A stretch of 27,638 nucleotides of DNA, taken from the NCBI GenBank assembly GCA_050014495.1, contig JBEKDF010000038.1:1-27638 (forward strand). Reading direction: 5' to 3'. This DNA is from Candidatus Bathyarchaeia archaeon. GTDB taxonomy: Archaea; Thermoproteota; Bathyarchaeia; TCS64. The number at the start of each line of letters is the position of its first letter. Position 1 is the stretch's first letter. Under the pieces are notes generated by a model. It saw only the letters and a list, made by a program, of their open reading frames with translations. It did not search any database and had not been told where the DNA came from. A program made the position numbers and the translations under genes. Positions 9,682 to 19,200 of this stretch are shown here, piece by piece.

Positions 9682-10815
9682 CTAACCGACGGTGACGATT
9701 CCAGTCGTGTACTTCTTTATTGCTACCTCGTTTATCTCAAACCCGAGCCCGGGCCCTTTTGGAGATGCGATATAGCCCTTCTCGAGATTCACGGGCTCCT
9801 TTATCACATCCTCATCGAACCACTCCGGGTAACCAGAGAGCTCACACTTCTGGGTTATAGCCTTACCACACCCAGCTATGATGTGAGACGCTGCGGAAAG
9901 GCTCACACCCATCTCCAGGTCATCGTGCATCAGTGTCGGGATGTTCATGACTCTCGCCATGTCGAGAATCCTCTTCGCGTTGGTTATGCCGCCGGCTGGG
10001 CGATAGGTCTTGAGTCCCAATACACCGATAGCTCCCATATCGATGAGGGTCTTTACGTCTGCCATAGAGAACAGGGACTCGTGTGGCATGATGGGCGTAT
10101 CGACAGACCCAGCCACCTTCGCGATGGAGGCAAAGTCCCACCATACTGTAGGCTGCTCAACAAGCTCAACGTCGAACTGTTCTATGTCTCTGATCATTTT
10201 GATAGCATCAGTAGTGTTGTAGCCCTGGTTACAGTCGACACGTAACGTCACTTCGGCACCAATCGCTTCCCTCATCGCCTTCACACACACAAAATCTCTC
10301 TTAGGCCCAATCTTGAGACGGATACCAGTGTAGCCCTCCTTGACTAGGCGCTTTCCCTCCGATGCCACTTTGGCGGGAGTGTCGATACCGATAAGGGCGA
10401 CATTGGGTATCTTCGAGGGATTCGAGCCGCCTCCAAGGAGCTTATAAACGGGGGCATTGAGGCTCCTGCCCATTATATCCCAGAGGGCCATGTCTATCGC
10501 AGCCTTTGCCATGGGGTAGGTTGGGGCCCAGTAGTCCATCTTCTCCCATACTCCCTCTAGGTCGAAGGGGTCCAAACCGAGTATATTTGGGGCTATCCAA
10601 CGCCGAATCATCTCTGTTACAACGCCCTGGTTTTCTGGTGACAGCGGGGGTAGTGGTGGACATTCACCTACTCCAATGACACCCTCGTCTGTGTGGATGC
10701 GTGTCAGGATAAACTCAAAGGGCGTCCCCTCTCCCAGTTTACCATATCTCGAAAGAGCTAACACCTTCTTCTTTTGCAGGTTAACCGGAATTATCTCAAC
10801 CTTAGTTATCTTCAA
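9682..10815 (-). CDS. Enolase superfamily enzyme, muconate cycloisomerase/dipeptide epimerase/N-acylamino acid racemase subgroup
   Basis: MKITKVE N-terminus, GVGEC, AKAAIDMALWDI, PVYKLLGG, RLKIG, RVDCNQG, VEQP, PKGPGLG; TTG start. Confidence 0.88.
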   Translation of the reverse strand: MKITKVEIIPVNLQKKKVLALSRYGKLGEGTPFEFILTRIHTDEGVIGVGECPPLPPLSPENQGVVTEMIRRWIAPNILGLDPFDLEGVWEKMDYWAPTYPMAKAAIDMALWDIMGRSLNAPVYKLLGGGSNPSKIPNVALIGIDTPAKVASEGKRLVKEGYTGIRLKIGPKRDFVCVKAMREAIGAEVTLRVDCNQGYNTTDAIKMIRDIEQFDVELVEQPTVWWDFASIAKVAGSVDTPIMPHESLFSMADVKTLIDMGAIGVLGLKTYRPAGGITNAKRILDMARVMNIPTLMHDDLEMGVSLSAASHIIAGCGKAITQKCELSGYPEWFDEDVIKEPVNLEKGYIASPKGPGLGFEINEVAIKKYTTGIVTVG

Positions 10816-10865
10816 GCAGGAAACACCGACCGGATCAATGTCGATTCACGAGTTGATGAGGTTTA

Positions 10866-11573
10866 TCAGTGTTCTAGACTTAGAAAGTTAGAAACGAGAA
10901 GATCAGCCAATCGCTTCATATCAGGCTCGCGGGCTTCACAATCGCTTAAGACCTCCTCTCTTGTTTTACCTACAGTGTCGAGCTCTTCGGGGTAGGCTGA
11001 AGCCCATCTACTTGCTTCAATGTGGTTAATCTCAAGGTGAAAAATTATGCCTCTAATATTCTTACATGCGTAGGCCTGGATTGGGCAGGGATCTCCTTGT
11101 GCCAATAGTTTGCCACCGGATGGAACAAGGAACATTTCACTGTGCCAATGGAATACGGGTATCTCACGCGGGAATCCTTTGAATAGTTGGTCGGCTACTC
11201 CATCATCGGTTAGGGTAACCGTGTAAACTCCTACCTCCTTCTTCGGGCTTCTAATGACATTGGCCCCGAGTAACTTTGCGAGTATCTGTCCTCCACAGCA
11301 GACACCAAGCACTGGCTTACCGCTCTTAATTACCTCCGAGAGGTACTTCCACTCCTTTTTGAGGAATTGATGTTTACCGATATCGTTAGCAGAAATGGGT
11401 GTCGGGCCAACGATGAATGAAGAGTAGTTCTCGATCAGAGGAAACTCCTTTCCACTATCCATAGAGTAGGCTTTGATCACATCGACTTTCGAGTGTTCTC
11501 TGACGAACTCCTCGTAGAGTCCGAGGTTCTCCGTAACATCGTTTTGAATTATTAGTACACTGCTCGACTTCAT
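10866..11573 (-). CDS. Class I glutamine amidotransferase-like protein (stand-alone)
   Basis: LGVCCGGQ nucleophile elbow, FHWHSE, FHLE (His-Glu of the triad). Start placed at ATG 11573 (MKSSSVLIIQN). Confidence 0.85.
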   Translation of the reverse strand: MKSSSVLIIQNDVTENLGLYEEFVREHSKVDVIKAYSMDSGKEFPLIENYSSFIVGPTPISANDIGKHQFLKKEWKYLSEVIKSGKPVLGVCCGGQILAKLLGANVIRSPKKEVGVYTVTLTDDGVADQLFKGFPREIPVFHWHSEMFLVPSGGKLLAQGDPCPIQAYACKNIRGIIFHLEINHIEASRWASAYPEELDTVGKTREEVLSDCEAREPDMKRLADLLVSNFLSLEH

Positions 11574-11583
11574 GCATATTGAT

Positions 11584-11603
11584 CGTTTCAAACGTTTAAA
11601 ACG
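11584..11603. promoter_or_regulatory. 20-bp near-palindrome overlapping a TATA-like box in the divergent GATase/alr intergenic region
   Basis: CGTTTCAAACGTTTAAAACG has one mismatched pair against its own reverse complement; minus-strand TTTTAAA (11601-11595) lies 22-28 nt upstream of the GATase ATG. Confidence 0.45.
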
Positions 11604-11652
11604 GGCTCGGGGGAGGGAACCGATATTTAGAAGAAGCACAGGAGTCTCAGGT

Positions 11653-12819
11653 ATGGACCCACGAAATATTAGGCCTGCCTGGGCTGAGGTCAAGCTTGAG
11701 GCCCTTGCTCACAATATTCGAGAGGTCAGACGACTTATTCACAAGGACTCCATGATCCTTGCTGTAGTCAAGGCGGACGCCTATGGTCACGGGGCAGTAA
11801 AATCGTCCAAGATCTTACTCGAGAATGGCGCAGATATGTTTGGTGTAGCTAGACTTAACGAGGCCTTAGAACTTAGGAATGCGGGAATTGATGCACCTAT
11901 CCTTAATCTCGGTTATACACCTGAGGACCAATATGAGAATCTCATCAGAAGGGACATAACCGCGACAATCTATACTCTCAATCAGGCTCTTTCCCTCGAT
12001 AAGACTGCCGCTGAAATTGGTTCCAAAGCAGTTGTTCATATTAAAATCGACTCAGGAATGAACCGCATCGGGTTCCAGCCTAACAATGATACTATTAGGG
12101 CGATTACTAGGATCAGTTCACTACCTAACATAGAACTGGAGGGTATCTTCACACATTTCGCTGTCTCAGACGTAGTTGACAAGACATACACGCATAAGCA
12201 GTTTGAGCTGTTTATGTGGGTTCTAGATGAACTTAAAGCAAGAGGGGTCGAGCCACACATTAGGCACGTTTCAAACAGCGCCGCGATAATAGACCTCCCC
12301 GAGTACTCGCTGGACATGGTCCGACCTGGAATCATGCTCTACGGTTACGAGCCTAGTGAGGAGGTTGATCTTAGTCGAGTGAGTCTTAAACCTGCGATGG
12401 CGCTTAAGGCTAGTATTTCAAATGTCAAAGTCGTACCCGAGGGTATAGGAATCAGCTATGGACTCACTTACAAGACAAAGCGCCCAAGCATCATTGGTAC
12501 AATCCCTATCGGCTACGCTGATGGCTATAGGAGAGCATTATCCAATAGAGGTTGGGTTGACTTCCATGGTGAGGTAGCTCCGATAGTTGGGCGTGTTTGT
12601 ATGGACCAGTGCATGATTGATTTGACAGATGTCGATGGAGCAGAGATTGGTGAGGAGGTCACACTATTTGGAGGTGGATGCGCGCCAAGCGTTGAGGAGA
12701 TGGCCAGAATGCTTGACACTATACCAGACGAAGTTATAAGTGCCATAGCCCGCCGTGTCCCCCGAGTATATCTCAAATCGGGTAAGATAATCGAGACACG
12801 AGACTATTTAGAAGGATAG
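11653..12819 (+). CDS. alr: Alanine racemase, bacterial type (PLP fold III)
   Basis: RPAWAEV, AVVKADAYGHG (PLP Lys), HIKIDSGMNRIG, GIFTHF, SNSAA, VRPGIMLYG, ISYG (catalytic Tyr), GYADG, IVGRVCMDQ, RVPRVY. Start placed at ATG 11653. Confidence 0.96.
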   Translation: MDPRNIRPAWAEVKLEALAHNIREVRRLIHKDSMILAVVKADAYGHGAVKSSKILLENGADMFGVARLNEALELRNAGIDAPILNLGYTPEDQYENLIRRDITATIYTLNQALSLDKTAAEIGSKAVVHIKIDSGMNRIGFQPNNDTIRAITRISSLPNIELEGIFTHFAVSDVVDKTYTHKQFELFMWVLDELKARGVEPHIRHVSNSAAIIDLPEYSLDMVRPGIMLYGYEPSEEVDLSRVSLKPAMALKASISNVKVVPEGIGISYGLTYKTKRPSIIGTIPIGYADGYRRALSNRGWVDFHGEVAPIVGRVCMDQCMIDLTDVDGAEIGEEVTLFGGGCAPSVEEMARMLDTIPDEVISAIARRVPRVYLKSGKIIETRDYLEG

Positions 12820-12839
12820 AGTTAGTCCCATCTCCTGGT

Positions 12840-13112
12840 CTAACGTCTTTTATCTCTGCTTCTCTCCTCTACGAAGAGTTCAACACCAACGAAGCTGGCA
12901 GGGTCACCATGGGGTTTCACAGCTATGTATGGAGCCTCGGCGGGGCCGAAGAAATCGAAAACTACTCCAACTCGTTTTCTCTTTGAGTCGTAAACGAAGT
13001 CCCCAATGCTAGCCTCCTCTTTGGCCCTAATTATCATCTGCCCAGTACTCTTGGAGACATGCATAACGGTGCCTATGCTGTGTGGTTTTTGGCGTTCCTC
13101 TCTGTGGGGCAC
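12840..13112 (-). CDS. gar1: H/ACA RNP protein Gar1
   Basis: IGTVMHVSKS, IGDFVYD, VGVVFDFFGP, PYIAVKP; lies downstream of srp19. Confidence 0.85.
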   Translation of the reverse strand: MPHREERQKPHSIGTVMHVSKSTGQMIIRAKEEASIGDFVYDSKRKRVGVVFDFFGPAEAPYIAVKPHGDPASFVGVELFVEERSRDKRR

Positions 13113-13153
13113 GCGTTAAGCGATGTATGGGAGACTTATATTCGTTGGGTGGC

Positions 13154-13435
13154 TCAGTTGCCGCGTGGTAGCTTAGAAGCGATGAGTCTTAGAACTTTGG
13201 CCTTAGACTCCTTCGTCTCTACCAATACATATCCAGTCTTGATCCATGGATAACGTGGGTGAGCCACTGAGGGTTGCAGCTCCGCTTTGAGTCCAGCTAA
13301 GATGGCTGCCTTAACAATATCCTCAGTCTTCGGCATCCTGATAGCCATGCCCTTGGGTACGCGGCGCCCACCACCCCAAGTAAGAGCCGAGTCAAAGTAG
13401 ATAGGCCAAAGAACAATCATGGCCTTTGATCTCAA
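13154..13435 (-). CDS. srp19: Signal recognition particle protein SRP19
   Basis: VLWPIYFDS...GRRVPK...HPRYPW...G. Confidence 0.92.
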   Translation of the reverse strand: MRSKAMIVLWPIYFDSALTWGGGRRVPKGMAIRMPKTEDIVKAAILAGLKAELQPSVAHPRYPWIKTGYVLVETKESKAKVLRLIASKLPRGN

Positions 13436-13481
13436 TTAAAGTACACCATAATCCTCTTAGAGGGGTTTGTGTGAAAAAGGT

Positions 13482-13865
13482 TTACTCCTTGTGTATAACA
13501 GCGCTGAGGGCGCCGCTCTGACCGGGACGAGAGATGATTCTGGCTAGGCCTTTTTCGGTCCTTACGATTGTACCCTTTGTAATCACACCGCGGCGATTAT
13601 AATCAGCGTTGGCTGGGTTGCTTATGACATCGAGTATCTCCAGTTTCTCCGTCTTCCCTGTCTCGGGGTTAGAGACATTGACAATGTTTGCGCGGACTAT
13701 CTTTACCTTCTCGATACCAGCACGCCCGCTGACCTTCTTGAGTTTTTGCTCACCCTCGATGGTCTCGACGGGGTGCCTACCGACGTCGAATATCCTGTGA
13801 GCCCTGTAAGCTTTTTTCTTTCCGCCCGTCGGCTTCCTTTTCTTTAGAGTGTCATTCCAGACCAT
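13482..13865 (-). CDS. rps8e: 30S ribosomal protein S8e
   Basis: KRKPTGGK, NPANADYNRRGVITKGTIV, SRPGQSG; AAGGAG upstream on the minus strand. Confidence 0.96.
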   Translation of the reverse strand: MVWNDTLKKRKPTGGKKKAYRAHRIFDVGRHPVETIEGEQKLKKVSGRAGIEKVKIVRANIVNVSNPETGKTEKLEILDVISNPANADYNRRGVITKGTIVRTEKGLARIISRPGQSGALSAVIHKE

Positions 13866-14019
13866 AGCTTGCTACTCCTTGTAGAGCTCGAGTTGCTATA
13901 GCCGTAAAAGAGGACGGGGTATAAAAAAGGTGTGGTTTTCGTCTACTCTACACCCTGATTTAGTCACTCTTTTGGATAGATATATCTCTCAACGCTCTAC
14001 AATAGGCTGGGAACAAGGT

Positions 14020-15045
14020 TTGGCTGGCGATGAGTATGTGAAGCTCTCCCATGGTGCGGGGGGGACAGCGATGGACGCTCTCATCAAGGAGTTATTTATA
14101 GGAGGATTCACGAGGAGGCAAGCCCTAGGGGGCATTGCCCTTGACGCGCTCGACGATGGAGCATCCATCAAGGTGGGAGACAGAGAGGTAATACTCACAA
14201 TCGATGGTCACACAGTTGACCCACTATTTTTCCCGGGTGGCGACCTAGGTAAGCTAGCTGTCTGTGGTGCAGTAAATGACACGGCTGTGATGGGAGCCGA
14301 TCCCATCGCGATACTTGATTCAATAATCGTCGAGGAGGGCTTCCCGATGAAAGATCTGAAGCGGCTTGTCGCTTCCATGAACGAAGTTGCTGAGGAGGCT
14401 AAAGTCGCGGTAATCAGCGGTGACTTTAAGGTGATGCCGGTAGGCACTTTGGATGGCATTGTCATATCCACGGCGGGAGTAGGATTACTGCGCGGTCCTA
14501 GAGTACTCGACAGCCTCGCCAAAACCGGTGACAAGGTCATAATAACGGGCACTGTCGGGGACCATGGCATCGCCCTGATGAGTGTACGTGAAGGACTAAG
14601 TTTCAAAACGGAACTCATCTCCGATGTCGCGCCCATAACCGAGATAGTCAGTGCTGCTTTGCATGTTGGAGGAGTTCATGCCATGAAGGATGCCACAAGA
14701 GGTGGCCTGTCATCCGCCTTAAACGAGTTCGCTGAAAAGTCACACGTCAGTATTTGGCTAGAAGACGGCAAGGTCCCGGTTAAGAGAGCGGTGCGTACTG
14801 CGTCGGATATGCTCGGCCTCGATCCTTACGAGGTCACATGTGAGGGAAAAGCGGTCATCTGCGTCGCTCCTTATAATGCGGATGCCGTGTTAAGCGCCAT
14901 AAAAGCCACTAAATATGGAGAAGATGCTGCCATAATCGGTGAGGTTAGAGAGGACCACCCAGGTATGGTTCTCATGAAGACCCTAGTCGGTGGCACTAGG
15001 ATACTTAGAAAGCCGATTGGGGAGCCGATCCCGCGCGTCTGCTAA
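14020..15045 (+). CDS. hypE: Hydrogenase maturation protein HypE
   Basis: LSHGAGG, DGHTVDPLFFPGGDLGKLAVCGAVND, GDFKV, MKDATRGG, C-terminal PRVC. Start placed at TTG 14020. Confidence 0.95.
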   Translation: MAGDEYVKLSHGAGGTAMDALIKELFIGGFTRRQALGGIALDALDDGASIKVGDREVILTIDGHTVDPLFFPGGDLGKLAVCGAVNDTAVMGADPIAILDSIIVEEGFPMKDLKRLVASMNEVAEEAKVAVISGDFKVMPVGTLDGIVISTAGVGLLRGPRVLDSLAKTGDKVIITGTVGDHGIALMSVREGLSFKTELISDVAPITEIVSAALHVGGVHAMKDATRGGLSSALNEFAEKSHVSIWLEDGKVPVKRAVRTASDMLGLDPYEVTCEGKAVICVAPYNADAVLSAIKATKYGEDAAIIGEVREDHPGMVLMKTLVGGTRILRKPIGEPIPRVC

Positions 15046-15596
15046 TCTCCTGTAACTAGTTCGGGGTGTAGACTGCTGAAAAGTTCAATTATCTGTAGCT
15101 TATTTTTCTCTGGATCTTGGCTGAGGTCGAAATAGTCGGCGAAGAATGATGTTGTCTTTATTATTATTCCCCTCTCTGTACGTTCTCTGCTTATTAGGGC
15201 CATATCCTCTAGGAGTCGAAGTTGACTATAGATATGGACGCCACGGTAATCGAGGACTTGCGACTGCTCTATAGGCTGGTTATAGGCGATGTATCCGAGG
15301 GTCTTGAGGGGCCCGAGGGTGAGCAGTGGTCTATTGGTGAATTGAAATACCATCTTCTCATATTCCTGACTGAGTTGCATCACAACTCTGTTGCCAGGAA
15401 GGGACTTGACTTCTAATGCCCCACCACGCATTTTTAGTTTCTTTGCGAGCTCATCGACGTATCGTAGAACAATCTTCTCCGACCTGCTACCTATGGCCTG
15501 CATTAGATCTTCTATGCCCAATGGATGCCCAGCTGAGTATAACGCAGCTTCAAGTTCTGTCAGTTTAACCTGTCTCCTATCAGATGTTGTCATCAA
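15042..15596 (-). CDS. scpB: Segregation and condensation protein ScpB
   Basis: LEAALYSAGHPL, LKTLGYIAYNQPI, TTSFFADYF; start overlaps the scpA stop. Confidence 0.9.
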   Translation of the reverse strand: MMTTSDRRQVKLTELEAALYSAGHPLGIEDLMQAIGSRSEKIVLRYVDELAKKLKMRGGALEVKSLPGNRVVMQLSQEYEKMVFQFTNRPLLTLGPLKTLGYIAYNQPIEQSQVLDYRGVHIYSQLRLLEDMALISRERTERGIIIKTTSFFADYFDLSQDPEKNKLQIIELFSSLHPELVTGD

Positions 15597-16255
15597 AGAG
15601 TCTTCGTCCTCACTTTGATTGTGATTTCTGTTTCATCCTCGTCTTGGTCGAGATCTATATCCATTCTCTGTGCGAGGAAGAGAAGCATCATAAAGAGTCT
15701 AACTGACTCGAGCCAACTTTTCCCTCGGATCATCCTGCTCAGTCTTAGCTCAGCGTCAGTCGATATCTTCATTTTCTCAAGAAACTCGTCGCTACGCGCC
15801 TCAATCTCTAGGAGGTACTGCTCGAAGTCTAGGAAGTTAGGTACTGGGATTGGTAGAGTCGGTAACCTAGGTGCCTCACCATGGTTACTTTCCTCCTGGA
15901 GAGCACGTTCTAGGGCATTTATCAGGTCCTGCACTGATGTCGTGGTGAATTCGAACCGGAATGGGAGGGGAACAGGAGGGGGTAGATAGATGTCGCCCTG
16001 AACCTCCTGATGCATGGGGGGTTCCTCCATTGCAAGCAGGAGCTCAGCTTTCTTCAGGTAGATGTAGACGGAGCTATTTACTGCTGTCCCTGCGATCCTG
16101 TAATCTATTCCTACACGTTCCATTTCTTCGATTAGACTCGCGAGGAGCTGTACGAGGTTGATATCCCAAGGGCTAACTTTTTCAAGTTTATTCTCCTTGA
16201 AGAGGATGTCCCAGGGCTGACGGAGATAATACGGCTTTTCTTTTCTCTCAGTCAA
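15593..16255 (-). CDS. scpA: Kleisin ScpA
   Basis: PWDINLVQL, YLKKAELL, FMMLLFLA...Q; TTG start overlaps the smc TGA stop. Confidence 0.88.
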   Translation of the reverse strand: MTERKEKPYYLRQPWDILFKENKLEKVSPWDINLVQLLASLIEEMERVGIDYRIAGTAVNSSVYIYLKKAELLLAMEEPPMHQEVQGDIYLPPPVPLPFRFEFTTTSVQDLINALERALQEESNHGEAPRLPTLPIPVPNFLDFEQYLLEIEARSDEFLEKMKISTDAELRLSRMIRGKSWLESVRLFMMLLFLAQRMDIDLDQDEDETEITIKVRTKTL

Positions 16256-19200
16256 GGCGCGGTCTCCTCTACCTTCTGGGGTCCCTTCATTGGAAGGGCT
16301 AAAACACGGCTCCTACCACCCTGAGCGAAGACACCATAGATCCTGTCGGCCTTATGGACCATCACATCTTTTAGGCTGACCATGAGGAACTGGGCCTCGA
16401 AGCTGTTGTCCTTGAGGAGCTCGGCGAGTCTGCTAATGTTATAGTCATCAAGGTGAGCGTCTATCTCATCGAAGAGGTAGAAGGGAGCTTTGAGGAACTT
16501 CTGTATAGCTAGCAGGTAAGCGATGGCTGCTACGGATCTCTCTCCGCCTGAAGCTCCGCTTCCAAGTCTCATGGGTTTACCGGGAAATTGGAGATAGAGG
16601 TCGACGCCACCGCTGAAGGGATCCTCAGGTTTCTGTAGCTCGAGTCTGCCATCGCCTCCACCAGTTACACGCCCGAATAAGGCATTGAAGTTCTCGCATA
16701 CCTCGTTGAAAGCCGCCATAAAGTGTAGGGTTTTATCCTTCTCCACCTGCTCGATGAATTTGAGGATGCTCGCTTTCTCCTCCTCAAGTTCGTTGATCCT
16801 TGTACTCTGGTTCTTGTAGTTGTTCATATATTCGTTATAGTGTTCAAGGGCGAGTTGGTTAACAGCGCCGAGGCTGTTCTTTTCCTGCCTCACAAGCTGA
16901 AGGCGCCCATCGATTCGCTCGGGTTCGATCCCAGTGATATCTACTATATCTTCATATCCATTAGTGGCGAGCTCGTCTAGGCGCTGCTCACTTTGCAGTT
17001 TTAGGCGCTCTATGTCGAGGTTGAGCTGGTTCATTCTCTTGTCCTCAGCCTCGCGACGCCTTTCGAGGTCCTCCATTCTCTGATTGACCATTCTGAGTGT
17101 CTTCTGATGTTGGTCGAGGACTTTACTAGTCGCCTCTACTTCGGTGGAAACAGCGTCTAGGTCTCGTTCGACGGATTCTATCTCTTTGTTGACTTCGACT
17201 ACACGCTGGTTGGATTGTATTTGCTCGTCTTCGAGAGCTTTGACCTCTTCGAGCATTCTTCGTCTCTGCTCTGAGGCTTCTGAGAGACGGAGGGCAAGTA
17301 TGCGCTCTATATAGCTTCTTTGAACTGCGATCTCGTTCTGGATTTTGTTTAATTGCTCCTGCTGCTCGGAGATGAATTTTGATAATGAAGCATTTTTAAT
17401 CTCAAGGTCTGTGAGGTCGCTGGGCTTGAACTCCTTTAGATGTGTTATCTCCTTCTTTGTATCCTCGATTTGTTGGAGTATACGTTGCTTCCTTTCATCG
17501 AGGGCGATGATGAGTCCTTCCTCACGTTCTGTCTCTGCCTTGAACTTTGTTATCGTCTCGTTGGCTTGTGTGATATTTTTCTGGAGGCGCTCGATCCTCT
17601 CATTCGTATCGACTACCTCGACATCAATCTTCGCCATCGTCTCCTTTGAGCCATCCATAAAGGAGTTGAATCCGCGAAGACTGCCCCCACTTGATTTTAG
17701 CTCAGCCATTCGAGTTTTGAGTTTTTGACGGAGGTCCTTGATTGTCTTCGATAGACTATCTATCGACTCCTCGGTTGGGATGAGTTTTGAGTAGTCGGGG
17801 GGTCTCCTATAGAATCCGCCCTTAATGCCTCCGCCTGGTTCGTAGACATCGCCTGAGACAGTTACGGCTCTGTGACCAGTGGCCACGACCTTGAGTGCAG
17901 CAGAGTCATCTTTGACTAGATATGTGTCTCCCCAAATTAGATGGATGACAGAGCTGTAAGTTTCATCATATCGAATGAGTTGGTTTAATGGGCCTATGAC
18001 TCCATCCTCAATGATATCAGGAAGGATCTCCGGTTTACCTAGTTGATCAAGGGGGATGAACTTGGTCATCCCGAGTTTCGTTTTCTTGAGTCTCTCGACA
18101 CAGTCGAGAACCGTAGTGACGTCGTCGACGACGACTGCATTTATCCACCCCTCTGCTGCCGAGTAGACAGCGCGTTGGTTTGGTAGGTCGACTTTTATTA
18201 GGCTGCGAAGTGGACCATGATAACCTGTTAGGGCTCCTGCTTCACCGATCTCTCTGATTCTCTCGAGTGAGCGCTCCTCGACGACTATATGTCTCCATAG
18301 GTCTCGCTTCGCCGAGAACTCAGTTATTGTGGATTCTGCTTCTTTAGCGAGGTTGTTAGCACTCTCGATTGTATTTCTTAGGTCACGTTGACGTTTTATC
18401 TGGTCCTCTATGTTGCTGAGCATCTCCTCGAGATGTCCTGCCTCCTGAGATTTTAGGGAGGCATACTCAGCGAGTTTCGCCTGTAGACTCTCAACTGTTT
18501 TACCGTATTCGAGTTTACGGCTTTCTATATCTATTATCTTGTCTCCGGATGTGTTGATGCTCGATCTGTGACTGTTAATCTCGATCTCCATCCCACTGAG
18601 GCTTTCCTGCATGGGGACTAGACTCTCAGTGAGCTCTTCGTTTCTCCGTTGATTCTCACCTGCAGATTCTCTTACATCGTTGATAGTCTGGCGATAGTCT
18701 TCGAGTTCTCGTCTATTGGTTCCGAGCTCCCCAATAAGTTGGGTCTCAGAGGACTGAAGTGATTCAAGGGAATTCCTCCGCTCGGTTATCTCCGCCTCTG
18801 TGGCCTTCGTCTCTCGCTCTTTCTGGGCGATGAGGTTATTTAGTTGGCTGTTGCGGGTCTCAATTTCTCTGAGGCGGTTACTGAGGCTTGTGCATAAGGT
18901 CTGCCGGCTTACAAGGTCAGACTTGAGCATGGGTAATCGCGTGTTACCGCGTTCGGATGCCTCACGGTTGAATTCTTCTATCCTGTTACGTGCGGCTTCT
19001 CTTTCCTCTCTGAGTTGAGTCTTCTCCTCATCAAGCTTTGAAGCCTCTTCCTCGCGCTCCCTCATCTGTGTCATGAGGACGCTGAGTTTCTCCTCGAGTT
19101 GTTTGATTTGGAAGCTGAGCTTAATAGCTGTAAGCTTTTTTTCTTCTCTAGTAAGATGGTTGAATCTTAAGGCGTCGTTCCTTTGTCGCTCCAACTCAGA

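Noticed and set aside
11572..11693. Apparent head-to-head overlap of the alr and GATase ORFs
   Set aside because: Artefact of longest-ORF calling; motif-based starts at 11653 (+) and 11573 (-) leave a 79-bp intergenic region.
2269..12819. Reading the cluster as true peptidoglycan biosynthesis
   Set aside because: No Mur ligases, MraY, MurG, flippase or PBPs are in the window, and the ligase lacks the canonical Ddl HGxxGEDG motif.
13113..13481. Possible SRP RNA or H/ACA RNA near srp19 and gar1
   Set aside because: The intergenic gaps are only about 40-46 nt and show no GC-rich helix.
14020..15045. hypE without other hyp or hydrogenase genes
   Set aside because: Archaeal hyp genes are commonly dispersed, and the C-terminal PRVC is intact, so this is ordinary.
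16360..16390. SMC lacks His in the H-loop (MVSLKD)
   Set aside because: Archaeal SMCs often have an SL/TL-type motif here, so it is not evidence of inactivation.
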